Assembly: GCA_014879675.1 (NCBI GenBank)
Contig: JACSRQ010000101.1
Coordinates: 901 to 64,900 of the forward strand
Direction of reading: 5' to 3'
Length of the DNA: 64,000 bases
Source: Ignavibacteria bacterium
Lineage (GTDB): Bacteria; Bacteroidota; Ignavibacteria; Tepidaquicellales; OLB5
The notes under the pieces were generated by a model, which did not search any database, had not been told where the DNA came from, and was given only the letters and a program-made list of their open reading frames with translations. Positions within the stretch are counted from its first letter, which is position 1; each line of letters begins with the position of its first letter. Below are positions 34,666 through 43,830 of the stretch, piece by piece. Made by a program: the position numbers and the translations under genes.

Positions 34666-35991
34666 ATGGGTGTAGTAACAACAATACTTTACTTTTTAAT
34701 AACGATTGTCATACTTGTGTTTGTACACGAGTTCGGACACTTTGCGGCAGCAAAGCTGTGCAAAATGAGAGTTGATAAATTCTATCTCTTCTTCGATTTC
34801 TTCAACCTGCGGATATTCAAGTTTGTAAAAGGTGATACCGAATACGGACTCGGAATATTCCCGCTTGGCGGCTACGTAAAAGTGGCGGGTATGATAGATG
34901 AGAGTATGGATAAAGAATTTGTTAACCAGGCTCCACAGCCATGGGAATTCCGTTCCAAACCTGTTTGGCAGAGAATGTTTGTGATAACAGCGGGTGTTAT
35001 AATGAATACCCTGCTGGCATTTGCGATATTTTATACCATTAACCTTGTTGAAGGAAAAACCAAGATGGAAACCAATGTAATTGGTTTCGTTTCACAGGGT
35101 TCAATTGCATCAAAATTCGGTATCCAGCCGGGAGATAAGATTGTTTCTATCAACGGCAATCCCGTTCAGTATTGGGATGACGTAAGGGGAAATATCTTTA
35201 TCGAAAGCATGGGCGAAGATGTATCAATGAAGATCGAACATAACGGTACAGTAAAAGATATATTTATTCCCAAAAGCGAACTAACGGAGCTGGGCGAAAG
35301 AACTTTCGGTATTTTCCCCGAAAAAATGAGCCCGCAAATTCAGCAGATCGCTGAAAGCCGTCCGGCGAAAAATATGGGGCTTCAGGTTGGCGATCTAATT
35401 ACCGAAGCTAATGGTGAAAAGATCTCCCACTCACAGCAGTTTGTCGATGTTATCAAAAATAATGCGGGCAAAGATATTTCTGTTAAATGGAACCGCGCCG
35501 GCTCAGAAATGAGCGGAACCGTAAAACCTGATGCAGATAGTACAATTGGTATCGGTATCGGAAAATATACGGGTACGGTAAAAACCATCAATTATAATGT
35601 AATTTCAGCCATTCCCCAGGGCGCAAGCGATCTGTGGCACTACGGTGTAGTTCTCTTCGTAAAGTCAATGTGGAAGATCATTAAGGGTGATATACCATTT
35701 TCGAAAGCTGTGGGCGGCCCTGTTAAAATAGCACAGTATGCCGGCCAATCAGCAGAAGGCGGTTTGCTGTCATTCCTCGGGTTTATGGCTATGCTTTCGA
35801 TAACACTGGCTATCATCAACATACTTCCATTCCCTGCGCTTGATGGCGGTCATTTTATGTTCCTGTTATACGAGGGAATTTTCAGAAAACCGGTTAGCCA
35901 CAAAATACAGATCGTAGTTCAGAACGTTGGCTTCATTATACTCATGGCATTTATGGCATTTGTAGTTTACAATGATATTATTCACATATAA
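34666..35991 (+). CDS. rseP: RIP metalloprotease RseP (site-2 protease, M50)
   Basis: 441 aa. HEFGHF zinc motif in TM1, a PDZ region, and NILPFPALDGGH near the C-terminus. The dxr-rseP neighbourhood is classical. Confidence 0.9.
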   Translation: MGVVTTILYFLITIVILVFVHEFGHFAAAKLCKMRVDKFYLFFDFFNLRIFKFVKGDTEYGLGIFPLGGYVKVAGMIDESMDKEFVNQAPQPWEFRSKPVWQRMFVITAGVIMNTLLAFAIFYTINLVEGKTKMETNVIGFVSQGSIASKFGIQPGDKIVSINGNPVQYWDDVRGNIFIESMGEDVSMKIEHNGTVKDIFIPKSELTELGERTFGIFPEKMSPQIQQIAESRPAKNMGLQVGDLITEANGEKISHSQQFVDVIKNNAGKDISVKWNRAGSEMSGTVKPDADSTIGIGIGKYTGTVKTINYNVISAIPQGASDLWHYGVVLFVKSMWKIIKGDIPFSKAVGGPVKIAQYAGQSAEGGLLSFLGFMAMLSITLAIINILPFPALDGGHFMFLLYEGIFRKPVSHKIQIVVQNVGFIILMAFMAFVVYNDIIHI

Positions 35992-36015
35992 AATAAATTT
36001 GAGATATTAAAATTA

Positions 36016-36047
36016 AATGGCCAATTTTTGAAATTGGTCATTTTTTA
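36016..36047 (+). terminator. Rho-independent terminator after rseP
   Basis: Stem aatggccaattt / aaattggtcatt (one G-U pair) with a 3-nt loop and a T6 run. The run ends 4 nt before the next ATG. Confidence 0.7.
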
Positions 36048-36050
36048 TTT

Positions 36051-37943
36051 ATGAAAACCGGCACTTACTATATAATAGATTTTGACAGCACTTTTGTAAA
36101 AGTTGAAGCGCTTGACCTGCTTGCAGAAATTGCATTAAAAAAAGATCCCGCACGCAAGGCTAAGCTGGAAAAGATCAAATCACTCACCGGCCTTGCAATG
36201 GATGGTAAAATCACATTCGCAGATTCGCTGAAGCAGAGGCTGGCACTTATCAGTTGCGGCAAAGCCGAGATTGAAGTATTGATCAAAAAGCTCAGGAAAG
36301 AAGTTACCCGTTCAATAACCAAAAACGCAGATTTTTTCAGGCAGAATTCCGGCGAAGTCAGGATAATTTCAGGGGGATTCAAAGAGTATATTGTTCCGAT
36401 TGCGGAAAAATTCGGGATCAAGCCTGAAAATGTTTATGCAAACACTTTTCTCTTCGATAAAAACGGAAAAATAACGGGGTATGATACTACCTCGAATCTA
36501 TGCAAAACAAATGGCAAGGTTAAACAGCTTAAAGCACTGAAGCTGAAAGGCAAGCTTGTTGTGATAGGTGACGGACATACAGATTATGAGCTTAAGCAAT
36601 CGGGTTTGATAGATAAGTTTTATGCTTTCACCGAAAACATTGAACGTGAATCTGTAATGAAAAAAGCGGACCATGTTACCCCAAGTTTTGATGAATTTTT
36701 ATATGTATCCAGGCTGCCAATGAGTATTTCATATCCAAAGAACAGGATCAAAGTACTGCTGCTTGAAAATATCCATAAAGATGCTGCGGCTATATTTAAA
36801 GCCGAGGGCTATATGGTTGAATCATACCCAGGCAGTATGGAAGAGAACCAGCTTGCCGAAAAGATCAGGGATGTTTCGATACTTGGTATCCGCTCAAAGA
36901 CTGTGCTGAACGAAAAGATCCTTTCGAAGGCTAAAAAACTCATTGCAGTAGGTGCGTTTTGTGTAGGCACGAACCAGATTGAACTTGATGCCTGTTCCCG
37001 CAGGGGAATAATCGCATTCAATGCGCCATTCAGCAATACACGCAGTGTAGTTGAGCTTGTGATCGGTGAGATGATACTGCTCATGCGCGGGATCATTGAT
37101 AAGAATAACAGCCTGCATAAAGGTATTTGGGATAAATCAAGCAAAGATAGTTTTGAGATAAGAGGAAAGAAACTTGGCATAATAGGTTATGGCAAAATAG
37201 GTTCGCAGCTATCAGTACTGGCTGAAGATATGGGTATGGAAGTTTATTATTATGATGTACTCGAAAAGCTCGCGTTGGGAAATGCCAGGAAGTGCCACTC
37301 AATGAAAGAGCTGCTTAAAAAGTGTGATGTAGTTACGGTGCATGTTGATGGGAGTGCTCAGAACAAGGGATTGATCGGTGAAAAGGAATTCCGCCTGATG
37401 AAGAAGGGGGCTATCTTCATGAATTTGAGCAGGGGATCGGTTGCAGATATTGAAGCACTTGCTGAAAATATCCGGCAGGGCAGGCTAAAAGGCGCCTCGG
37501 TAGATGTGTTCCCGTATGAGCCGGTCAGCAATGAAGAAGCATTTGTATCGCCGCTGCAGGAATTGAAGAATGTGATATTAACCCCGCATATTGGCGGCAG
37601 CACAGATGAAGCTCAAAAGGATATCGCGAATTTTGTACCTACAAAGATAATAGATTTCGTTAATAGCGGCAGCTCGTATTACAGCGTTAATTTCCCGAAT
37701 ATCCAGCTTCCTTCATTCGAAAATGCGCACCGCCTGATCCATATCCATCATAATGTACCCGGTATTTTAGCAAAGATAAACTCTGCCTTTGCCGGGCATA
37801 ACATAAACATTATCGGCCAGTATCTAAAAACCAATGAGCAGGTTGGTTATGTTATAACTGATATAAGCAAAAAATATGACCCCGCAGTTATAAAAGAGCT
37901 TAAGGAAATTGACCATACGATCAAATTCAGGATTTTGTACTAA
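36051..37943 (+). CDS. serA: Bifunctional phosphoserine phosphatase (HAD, SerB-like) / D-3-phosphoglycerate dehydrogenase (SerA) fusion
   Basis: 630 aa. N-terminal HAD motifs: DFDST, IISGGF, GDGHTDYE. A 2-hydroxyacid dehydrogenase follows (GIIGYGKIGSQ NAD fold, LTPHIGGST), then a C-terminal ACT domain (HIHHNVPGILAKINSAF). Confidence 0.85.
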   Translation: MKTGTYYIIDFDSTFVKVEALDLLAEIALKKDPARKAKLEKIKSLTGLAMDGKITFADSLKQRLALISCGKAEIEVLIKKLRKEVTRSITKNADFFRQNSGEVRIISGGFKEYIVPIAEKFGIKPENVYANTFLFDKNGKITGYDTTSNLCKTNGKVKQLKALKLKGKLVVIGDGHTDYELKQSGLIDKFYAFTENIERESVMKKADHVTPSFDEFLYVSRLPMSISYPKNRIKVLLLENIHKDAAAIFKAEGYMVESYPGSMEENQLAEKIRDVSILGIRSKTVLNEKILSKAKKLIAVGAFCVGTNQIELDACSRRGIIAFNAPFSNTRSVVELVIGEMILLMRGIIDKNNSLHKGIWDKSSKDSFEIRGKKLGIIGYGKIGSQLSVLAEDMGMEVYYYDVLEKLALGNARKCHSMKELLKKCDVVTVHVDGSAQNKGLIGEKEFRLMKKGAIFMNLSRGSVADIEALAENIRQGRLKGASVDVFPYEPVSNEEAFVSPLQELKNVILTPHIGGSTDEAQKDIANFVPTKIIDFVNSGSSYYSVNFPNIQLPSFENAHRLIHIHHNVPGILAKINSAFAGHNINIIGQYLKTNEQVGYVITDISKKYDPAVIKELKEIDHTIKFRILY

Positions 37944-37965
37944 TGCAAAAACAGGGAAGAAATAA

Positions 37966-39252
37966 TTGATAACACAGTTGTTGTTAATATTGATACTTAT
38001 TCTCGTAAACGCAATATTTGTAGTTACGGAATATGCAATCATTAGGGTAAGGAAAACCGAGCTTGATGCACTTATAGAAGGCGGAAACCTGAAGGCTAAG
38101 CGTACCCGCCTGGTGATTGATAATCTGGATAAATATATTTCAGCAACACAGCTTGGAATTACGTTTGTGAATCTGTTACTTGGATGGGTGGGAGAAGATG
38201 TTTTTATCCATATGCTTCAGCCGGTTTTTGTTGCACTTGGGCTTGAAAGCTCAACGAGTCAAACAATTTCAGTAATACTGGGGCTTCTCATAATTACATA
38301 TTTCACCATCACAATAGGTGAACTTGCACCTAAGGCTTTTGCGATCCGGAAATACCTAAAAGCTTCACTATGGCTCTCGCCTGGATTGATGCTGTTCTAC
38401 AGCATTTTTAAGCCCTTTATCTGGCTGCTTAACAATTCCGCAGCGCTGATTATCAGAATGATGGGGCTGAATCCGAAGGATGATGATTCGGGCATTCACA
38501 GCCAGGAAGAGATAATGCAGGTTATTCACGAAGGAAGAAGATCGGGAGTTATTGACCAGACGGAACACCAGCTTATAGAAAAGATATTTGATTTCAATGA
38601 CAAGCTCGCTAAAGAGATCATGGTGCACCGTAACCGAATGGTTGTGCTTGATATAGATACGCCCCGCGATGAAATTTACCGCATTGTAACCGAAGAAGGG
38701 TTTTCGAGAATACCGGTCTACAAAGAAACGGTTGATAACATTATTGGCGTGATTTACACGAAAGATCTAATATCAGCCTCAGAACACAGGCAGCTTATTA
38801 TGCTGCAGGATATTATACGCCCGGCTTATTTTGTTTCCGAAACAAAGAATATCGGCATACTAATGCGGGACTTCCAGAAGAATAAAGTGCATATGGGAAT
38901 TGTAATAAATGAATACGGCGGCGTTGAAGGCTTGATTACGATGGAAGATATTATTGAAGAGATCACCGGTGAAATAATGGATGAGTATGATGTTGAAACT
39001 CCCGAAGTAATAAAAGGAAAAAACCAGGAGTACCTGGTTAATCCGGTAATACTTATCAAAGATTTTAACAAAAAATTCAGTGCAGCAATACCCGAAGACC
39101 CATATTACAATACAATTGGCGGCTTTTTATGTAAAGTAACAGGCCACATACCCGCTCTTTACGAACGGATAGACTTTCTGGGTATAACCTTCATTATCAC
39201 CGCCCGGCAGAGGAACATGATCAAGCAGGTAAAAGTGATCAGGGCTGCTTAG
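37966..39252 (+). CDS. CNNM/CorC-type hemolysin-family transporter (DUF21-CBS-CorC_HlyC), paralogue 1
   Basis: 428 aa. TTG start with an agggaag SD. DUF21 TM region, CBS pair and CorC C-terminal domain. Confidence 0.85.
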   Translation: MITQLLLILILILVNAIFVVTEYAIIRVRKTELDALIEGGNLKAKRTRLVIDNLDKYISATQLGITFVNLLLGWVGEDVFIHMLQPVFVALGLESSTSQTISVILGLLIITYFTITIGELAPKAFAIRKYLKASLWLSPGLMLFYSIFKPFIWLLNNSAALIIRMMGLNPKDDDSGIHSQEEIMQVIHEGRRSGVIDQTEHQLIEKIFDFNDKLAKEIMVHRNRMVVLDIDTPRDEIYRIVTEEGFSRIPVYKETVDNIIGVIYTKDLISASEHRQLIMLQDIIRPAYFVSETKNIGILMRDFQKNKVHMGIVINEYGGVEGLITMEDIIEEITGEIMDEYDVETPEVIKGKNQEYLVNPVILIKDFNKKFSAAIPEDPYYNTIGGFLCKVTGHIPALYERIDFLGITFIITARQRNMIKQVKVIRAA

Positions 39253-39268
39253 TCGTCTCGTTTTATGT

Positions 39269-39640
39269 TTACTTTACTTTAACCGGCAAATCGCTGCCAA
39301 TGAAAAACTGGCCGTTTATACCCTGGATATCAACCGGAACCTTATCCCCGAAAATATTCCTTCCGTTTACCGAACTAAGGTCAACTCTCAGGCTCTTGCT
39401 TGAGCTTCCGTCAATTCTCTGCAGGTCAACCGGCATATAACCACCTGATATTGAGCTTCCATTGATGCTTTTGATGTTCACATCCTGTACAGTATCATAA
39501 GCATTGACATCTTTTGGCCCGAAAAATATGTTAACTACTATAAGCAGCAAACAGGCTGCAATTACTGATAACACAGTTTTGGAATATTTATCGAGATTTA
39601 CAACGGTTTTTCCGTTTTGCTGATTGTTAAGTTCTGTCAT
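39269..39640 (-). CDS. Membrane-anchored small protein with four tandem ~16-aa repeats
   Basis: I trimmed from 39670 to the ATG at 39640 (aaggaa upstream). One TM helix (VLSVIAACLLLIVVNIFF), then VNIKSINGSSISGGYMP / VDLQRIDGSSSKSLR / VDLSSVNGRNIFGDKVP / VDIQGINGQFFIGSDLP. Confidence 0.55.
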   Translation of the reverse strand: MTELNNQQNGKTVVNLDKYSKTVLSVIAACLLLIVVNIFFGPKDVNAYDTVQDVNIKSINGSSISGGYMPVDLQRIDGSSSKSLRVDLSSVNGRNIFGDKVPVDIQGINGQFFIGSDLPVKVK

Positions 39641-39660
39641 TTCTGTTTTCCTTTCTGCAA

Positions 39661-39678
39661 GTATCCGCATACGGATAC
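39661..39678. promoter_or_regulatory. Perfect 7-bp stem hairpin/palindrome in the divergent intergenic region
   Basis: gtatccg cata cggatac, located 20 nt upstream of the repeat-protein start codon. Confidence 0.3.
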
Positions 39679-39804
39679 AGTAATAAGTTTCAGTATATTT
39701 TGTTTAGTATATTTGTTATATTTACAGTGAAAATAACAGTTTTGTATCATAGATATTGAGCAAAAAGCACAGTTTCATAGTAAATTTTGTAAATTAAGGA
39801 CTAA

Positions 39805-41109
39805 ATGCAACTAGAGAGTATTCTCTTTGAAGTTATCATTGTAATGCTTATCATCCTGGCGAACGCATTTTTTGTTGCCGCCGAGTTCGCCATAGTTAAA
39901 GTACGTTCCACACAGCTGGAACCCCTGGCAAATGAAAATAACAAACGTGCAAAAATTGCCGTAAAAATTCTTTCGAACCTTGATGCATATCTTTCTGCTT
40001 CTCAAGTGGGAATAACCATGACATCTCTGGGTCTTGGCTGGGTTGGTGAGCCGGTTACAGCAAAACTGTTAAGTCCTGTATTTGTATGGATAGGAATTGC
40101 CAATGAACAGACTATTCACACTTTATCAATTATCGTTGGATTCATTTTCCTGACGTTCCTGCATATTTCGCTTGGTGAGCAGGCACCGAAGATGCTGGCA
40201 ATAAAAAGTCCCAAGGCTGTTTCATTGATAATTGCCATACCTCTGAACCTGTTCTATATTGCATTTAAGCCTATAGTATGGATGCTTAACCACGCGGCGA
40301 ATTTTATACTTCGTGTGATCGGTATCCAGGCTGTACCTGATTCCGAGAGGATAAATTCTGAAGAAGAGTTAAGGCTGCTTATCAGCGAAGGCAGGAAATC
40401 CGGTGCAATAGACCAGACCGAACACCAGCTTATAGAAAAAATATTCGAATTTAATGATAAGCAGGTTAAGGAAATTATGGTTCCCCGAAACCACATGGCT
40501 GCGCTTGATATAGACGAATCCAGAGAGAAAATATTCCAGCTTGTAACTGAAGAAGGTTTTTCAAGGCTTCCTGTTTACAAGGATACTATTGATAATATTA
40601 TCGGTGTAATTTATACGAAAGACTTAATATCGGCTGCCGAACACAGGGAGCTGATCACCATACAGGATATAATTAGGGCTGCGTTTTTTGTTTCATCTAC
40701 CAAGCAGATCGGAAATCTTCTGAAAGAAATGCAGAGGAATAAAGTTCACATGGCAATTGTTGTTGATGAATACGGCGGCGTTGAAGGTCTGGTTACCATT
40801 GAAGATATTATCGAAGAGATAGTAGGTGAGATACAGGATGAATATGATGTAGATGAAACGCAGGATGTAGTGAGTGAAAAAAGCGGCGTTTACCTGGTTA
40901 ACCCGATAATTTCGATCGAGAATTTTAATCAAAGGTTTAAATCAAACATTCCGGAAGATACCGATTACCAAACATTGAGCGGATTCCTTCAGAAAGTTAC
41001 GGGTCACATTCCGGAAGTTTATGAGAGAATTGATCATAAAGGATTCAGTTTTGTTATTACTAAAAAAGCCGGTAACAGGATAATGCAGGTAAGAGTACAG
41101 AAGATCTGA
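39805..41109 (+). CDS. CNNM/CorC-type hemolysin-family transporter, paralogue 2
   Basis: 434 aa, colinear with 37966..39252. Long identical stretches, e.g. IDQTEHQLIEKIF, VTEEGFSR, DNIIGVIYTKDLISA, EYGGVEGL. Confidence 0.85.
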   Translation: MQLESILFEVIIVMLIILANAFFVAAEFAIVKVRSTQLEPLANENNKRAKIAVKILSNLDAYLSASQVGITMTSLGLGWVGEPVTAKLLSPVFVWIGIANEQTIHTLSIIVGFIFLTFLHISLGEQAPKMLAIKSPKAVSLIIAIPLNLFYIAFKPIVWMLNHAANFILRVIGIQAVPDSERINSEEELRLLISEGRKSGAIDQTEHQLIEKIFEFNDKQVKEIMVPRNHMAALDIDESREKIFQLVTEEGFSRLPVYKDTIDNIIGVIYTKDLISAAEHRELITIQDIIRAAFFVSSTKQIGNLLKEMQRNKVHMAIVVDEYGGVEGLVTIEDIIEEIVGEIQDEYDVDETQDVVSEKSGVYLVNPIISIENFNQRFKSNIPEDTDYQTLSGFLQKVTGHIPEVYERIDHKGFSFVITKKAGNRIMQVRVQKI

Positions 41110-41120
41110 TCACTCGTTTT

Positions 41121-42614
41121 TTAAAAAGGATCTTCGGGTTTTTCAGCCGGCAATGGTTCGTCTTCTTTAAACTTTTTCTTTGATTTCCTGAATTTACTGA
41201 ACATTTCGACTGCTTTCCTGAATTCATCAGAATTCCTGTAACTTCTGTACAGGTAAGTTCCGCTTAATCCTAAATAAACAACTCCCAGCAAAATTTTCAT
41301 CCATAAACCGATCCTGTAATGGCTGCTTAGCCATATCAAAACCCCAGATGCTGACATTAGAGCAATTATGAAGCTGTATTTATATTCAATCCTGTAATAC
41401 TTCTGTGAAGTGATAAGCGTGAAAATGAATATAGTGAAGTTAGCTGCCAGAATAGCTATTGCAGAACCGATCGAAAGCCATGTAGGTGTAAGCAAGGTAT
41501 TCAGAAGAATATTAACTGCTGCAGCGATCAGCATGATCCAAATTGTATGCTGCAGCTTTTTGGAAAGCCCAATACCTGCTGCGGCAATAAAATAGCCTCC
41601 GGTAAATACCATCGAAAAACACAGCAGCGGAATTACATATACCGCCGAGTAATATGCGGGCTGTGTCAAAACCTGAAGGATCTCTGATGCGAATATAGAT
41701 ACCAAAAATACAAGGATGGTATTAAGAACAAAATAAAGCTGGAACACCTTTGCGTAGATTTTTTTTGCGTTGGGCTCATATTGGATATCAGAACAAAACG
41801 GACCCCAAGCCATCTGGAATGCCCCTGAAAATGCCCCCATGATAGCAGCTACTTTCAATCCAACGGAATAAATACCAATTTGATTCAACCCGCTAAGGTA
41901 ATTGAGGAAATACCTGTCTGAATAATTCAGCACCCATGATGCTACTGCTGTGCCAATAAGCGGCGCGCCGTAAGCCAGGATATTTTTCGCCCATTTGAAA
42001 GAAAACTGAAGCTTATAGTTCTTTATGATATATATCACTCCGAATACTGCAAAAACTCCATACGACAGAATACTGGCGTAAATTACACCGGTAACTCCAA
42101 GCTTGAGGACCAGCACGAACAATATTGCTGAAAGTATATTAAGCAGCACATTGCCTGTTGAAAAGAAAGTGTACATCCACGGCTTAATGCTGAATCTTAA
42201 AAGCTCGGTAGCGAAAAAGTATATTGCGTTGAATGCAATATATACGGAGTAGAGCATTATCAGCTCCCTGCCTTCGCCGTGAAAAATAAGGTCTGATAGG
42301 AATGGGGAAATGATCATAAGAACTGCAGCAATTGAAAGAGAGAATACAATTCTTATGATGAGTCCGGATGATACAAGTATGTTTTTCTCACTCTGGAATT
42401 CTTTGCGGAAATAAAAATATCCAACTGAAGCATCAGTTCCGGATATAATAAGGAAAGAGCTGAAAACAGCCACAGAATTTAAAAGGTCGAGTATTCCGTA
42501 ATCTGAGGGGTTGAGTACAGCAGTATATAGAGGCAGCAGGAAAACACCAATGAATTTGCTGATGTAACCGCTAAGGCCGTAGATGAATGATTCTTTTAGA
42601 AGTTTTTTGAGCAA
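41121..42614 (-). CDS. Oligosaccharide/polysaccharide flippase (Wzx, MOP superfamily)
   Basis: 497 aa with a TTG start and about 12-14 TM helices. Typical Wzx N-terminus (SFIYGLSGYISKFIGVFLLPLYT). Confidence 0.8.
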   Translation of the reverse strand: MLKKLLKESFIYGLSGYISKFIGVFLLPLYTAVLNPSDYGILDLLNSVAVFSSFLIISGTDASVGYFYFRKEFQSEKNILVSSGLIIRIVFSLSIAAVLMIISPFLSDLIFHGEGRELIMLYSVYIAFNAIYFFATELLRFSIKPWMYTFFSTGNVLLNILSAILFVLVLKLGVTGVIYASILSYGVFAVFGVIYIIKNYKLQFSFKWAKNILAYGAPLIGTAVASWVLNYSDRYFLNYLSGLNQIGIYSVGLKVAAIMGAFSGAFQMAWGPFCSDIQYEPNAKKIYAKVFQLYFVLNTILVFLVSIFASEILQVLTQPAYYSAVYVIPLLCFSMVFTGGYFIAAAGIGLSKKLQHTIWIMLIAAAVNILLNTLLTPTWLSIGSAIAILAANFTIFIFTLITSQKYYRIEYKYSFIIALMSASGVLIWLSSHYRIGLWMKILLGVVYLGLSGTYLYRSYRNSDEFRKAVEMFSKFRKSKKKFKEDEPLPAEKPEDPF

Positions 42615-42620
42615 AATTGA

Positions 42621-43649
42621 TTAGTTTAGTAGTAAATCTGAATACTGTTTTGCTACAATTTTAGAATCATGATACTTAACCACATACTTCTTTCCGGCTT
42701 TCCCGGTTTCCTTCCATGATGAAGTATCTCTTAATAAGCCGCGAAGTACATCATATATGGTTGCCGGATTTGCGTTGATCATCGGGTTATCCGGTGGCTG
42801 TGCCGCTGCAACATCCTCGCGCATGTAGCAGACTACGGGTTTTTCAAACATCATTGCTTCCAGCGGAAGCATTCCAAACCATCCCTGGATAAGCTGATCA
42901 ACAACGAGGTCTGCTTTAATTATTTCTTCATATAGCTTTTGCAGGCTTACGTTGTTTACCAAGCGGAACTCAAAATCAAACTCTTCTTTGAGCTTCTCAA
43001 CAGCATCAACCAGATATTGTGTGCCTTTATAACCAAAATTACTTGGTGCGTGAAGTATGACAGGCTTTGGATTATCAGGGTGGTCTATTGTTTCCGGAAA
43101 TTCTTCTATATTGATAGGCTGATTGAGATGGGGTGCATCCCTGTGAATAACATTTCTCATAGCCCTATCATTAAAAATCACATCAATCAGTTCTTCAAGT
43201 TTACGTGTCCTGAGCTTTTTAGTTTCGGGTACACAGCCTACAAATTTTTTATATTCATCGGTGCAAACATGACAAGATGAATAGGGGATGTAAGGTTCAT
43301 GTGTCAACTCCGGCTGCTGAACGTCGCAGCCTGTGAAGATAAGGCCGGTCTTTTTACCGAAAAACCTGAGAATCTTGAGGTCCTTATGATCTTTAAGAAA
43401 TGTTTGTGTTGATATAAATAAAAATGCGTCATATTTAAAAAGGCATTTAATAAGGAAATACCTGGTATATATCCTCTGCATCCACCTGCTTTTGGGAAGA
43501 TTGTATCTTTTCAGTCGTTCAGTTGAATAGTTAAATACATGGTCGCCTTCAATATATACGTCAGCATTGGCGCCAATACCCTCAAATCCTTTCAGCAGCC
43601 TTGTGGCATACCCCGCAACATTACTGAAACCTACAAATAGTCTCTTCAT
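42621..43649 (-). CDS. GT-B glycosyltransferase (GT4-like) with a four-cysteine insert
   Basis: 342 aa. The C-terminal half has ILHAPSNFGYKGTQYL and an EX7E-type motif LEAMMFEKPVV. Cys108, Cys126, Cys129 and Cys139 form a cluster. Confidence 0.65.
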   Translation of the reverse strand: MKRLFVGFSNVAGYATRLLKGFEGIGANADVYIEGDHVFNYSTERLKRYNLPKSRWMQRIYTRYFLIKCLFKYDAFLFISTQTFLKDHKDLKILRFFGKKTGLIFTGCDVQQPELTHEPYIPYSSCHVCTDEYKKFVGCVPETKKLRTRKLEELIDVIFNDRAMRNVIHRDAPHLNQPINIEEFPETIDHPDNPKPVILHAPSNFGYKGTQYLVDAVEKLKEEFDFEFRLVNNVSLQKLYEEIIKADLVVDQLIQGWFGMLPLEAMMFEKPVVCYMREDVAAAQPPDNPMINANPATIYDVLRGLLRDTSSWKETGKAGKKYVVKYHDSKIVAKQYSDLLLN

Positions 43650-43830
43650 TACTTACAACTGCTTAGTTTGATGCAAAATTCAACAGGGTTCAGCAAGGGC
43701 GCAAATATTGTATAAACAAGTGGTTAACTCTCAAAGTTGAATGCACATATTACTTCAGCAAATTTACAGAAAATTTCATTAAAAAAGTAAGTACGGGAAT
43801 TAGGTACGGAATTAAGTATAAATGCAGCAA

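Noticed and set aside
34241-34684. Long antisense ORFs inside well-supported genes (e.g. 34241..34684, 52277..52729, 45622..46047, 36809..37180, 20766..21164)
   Set aside because: All lie opposite genes with strong family signatures. They have biased low-complexity composition and no motifs. They are typical shadow ORFs.
43786-43820. Tandem gtacgg(g)aatta repeat (2.5 copies) in the 181-bp internal gap of the glycan locus
   Set aside because: It is too short and too few copies to call a regulatory array. It may simply be slippage. It is noted as a possible internal promoter region only.
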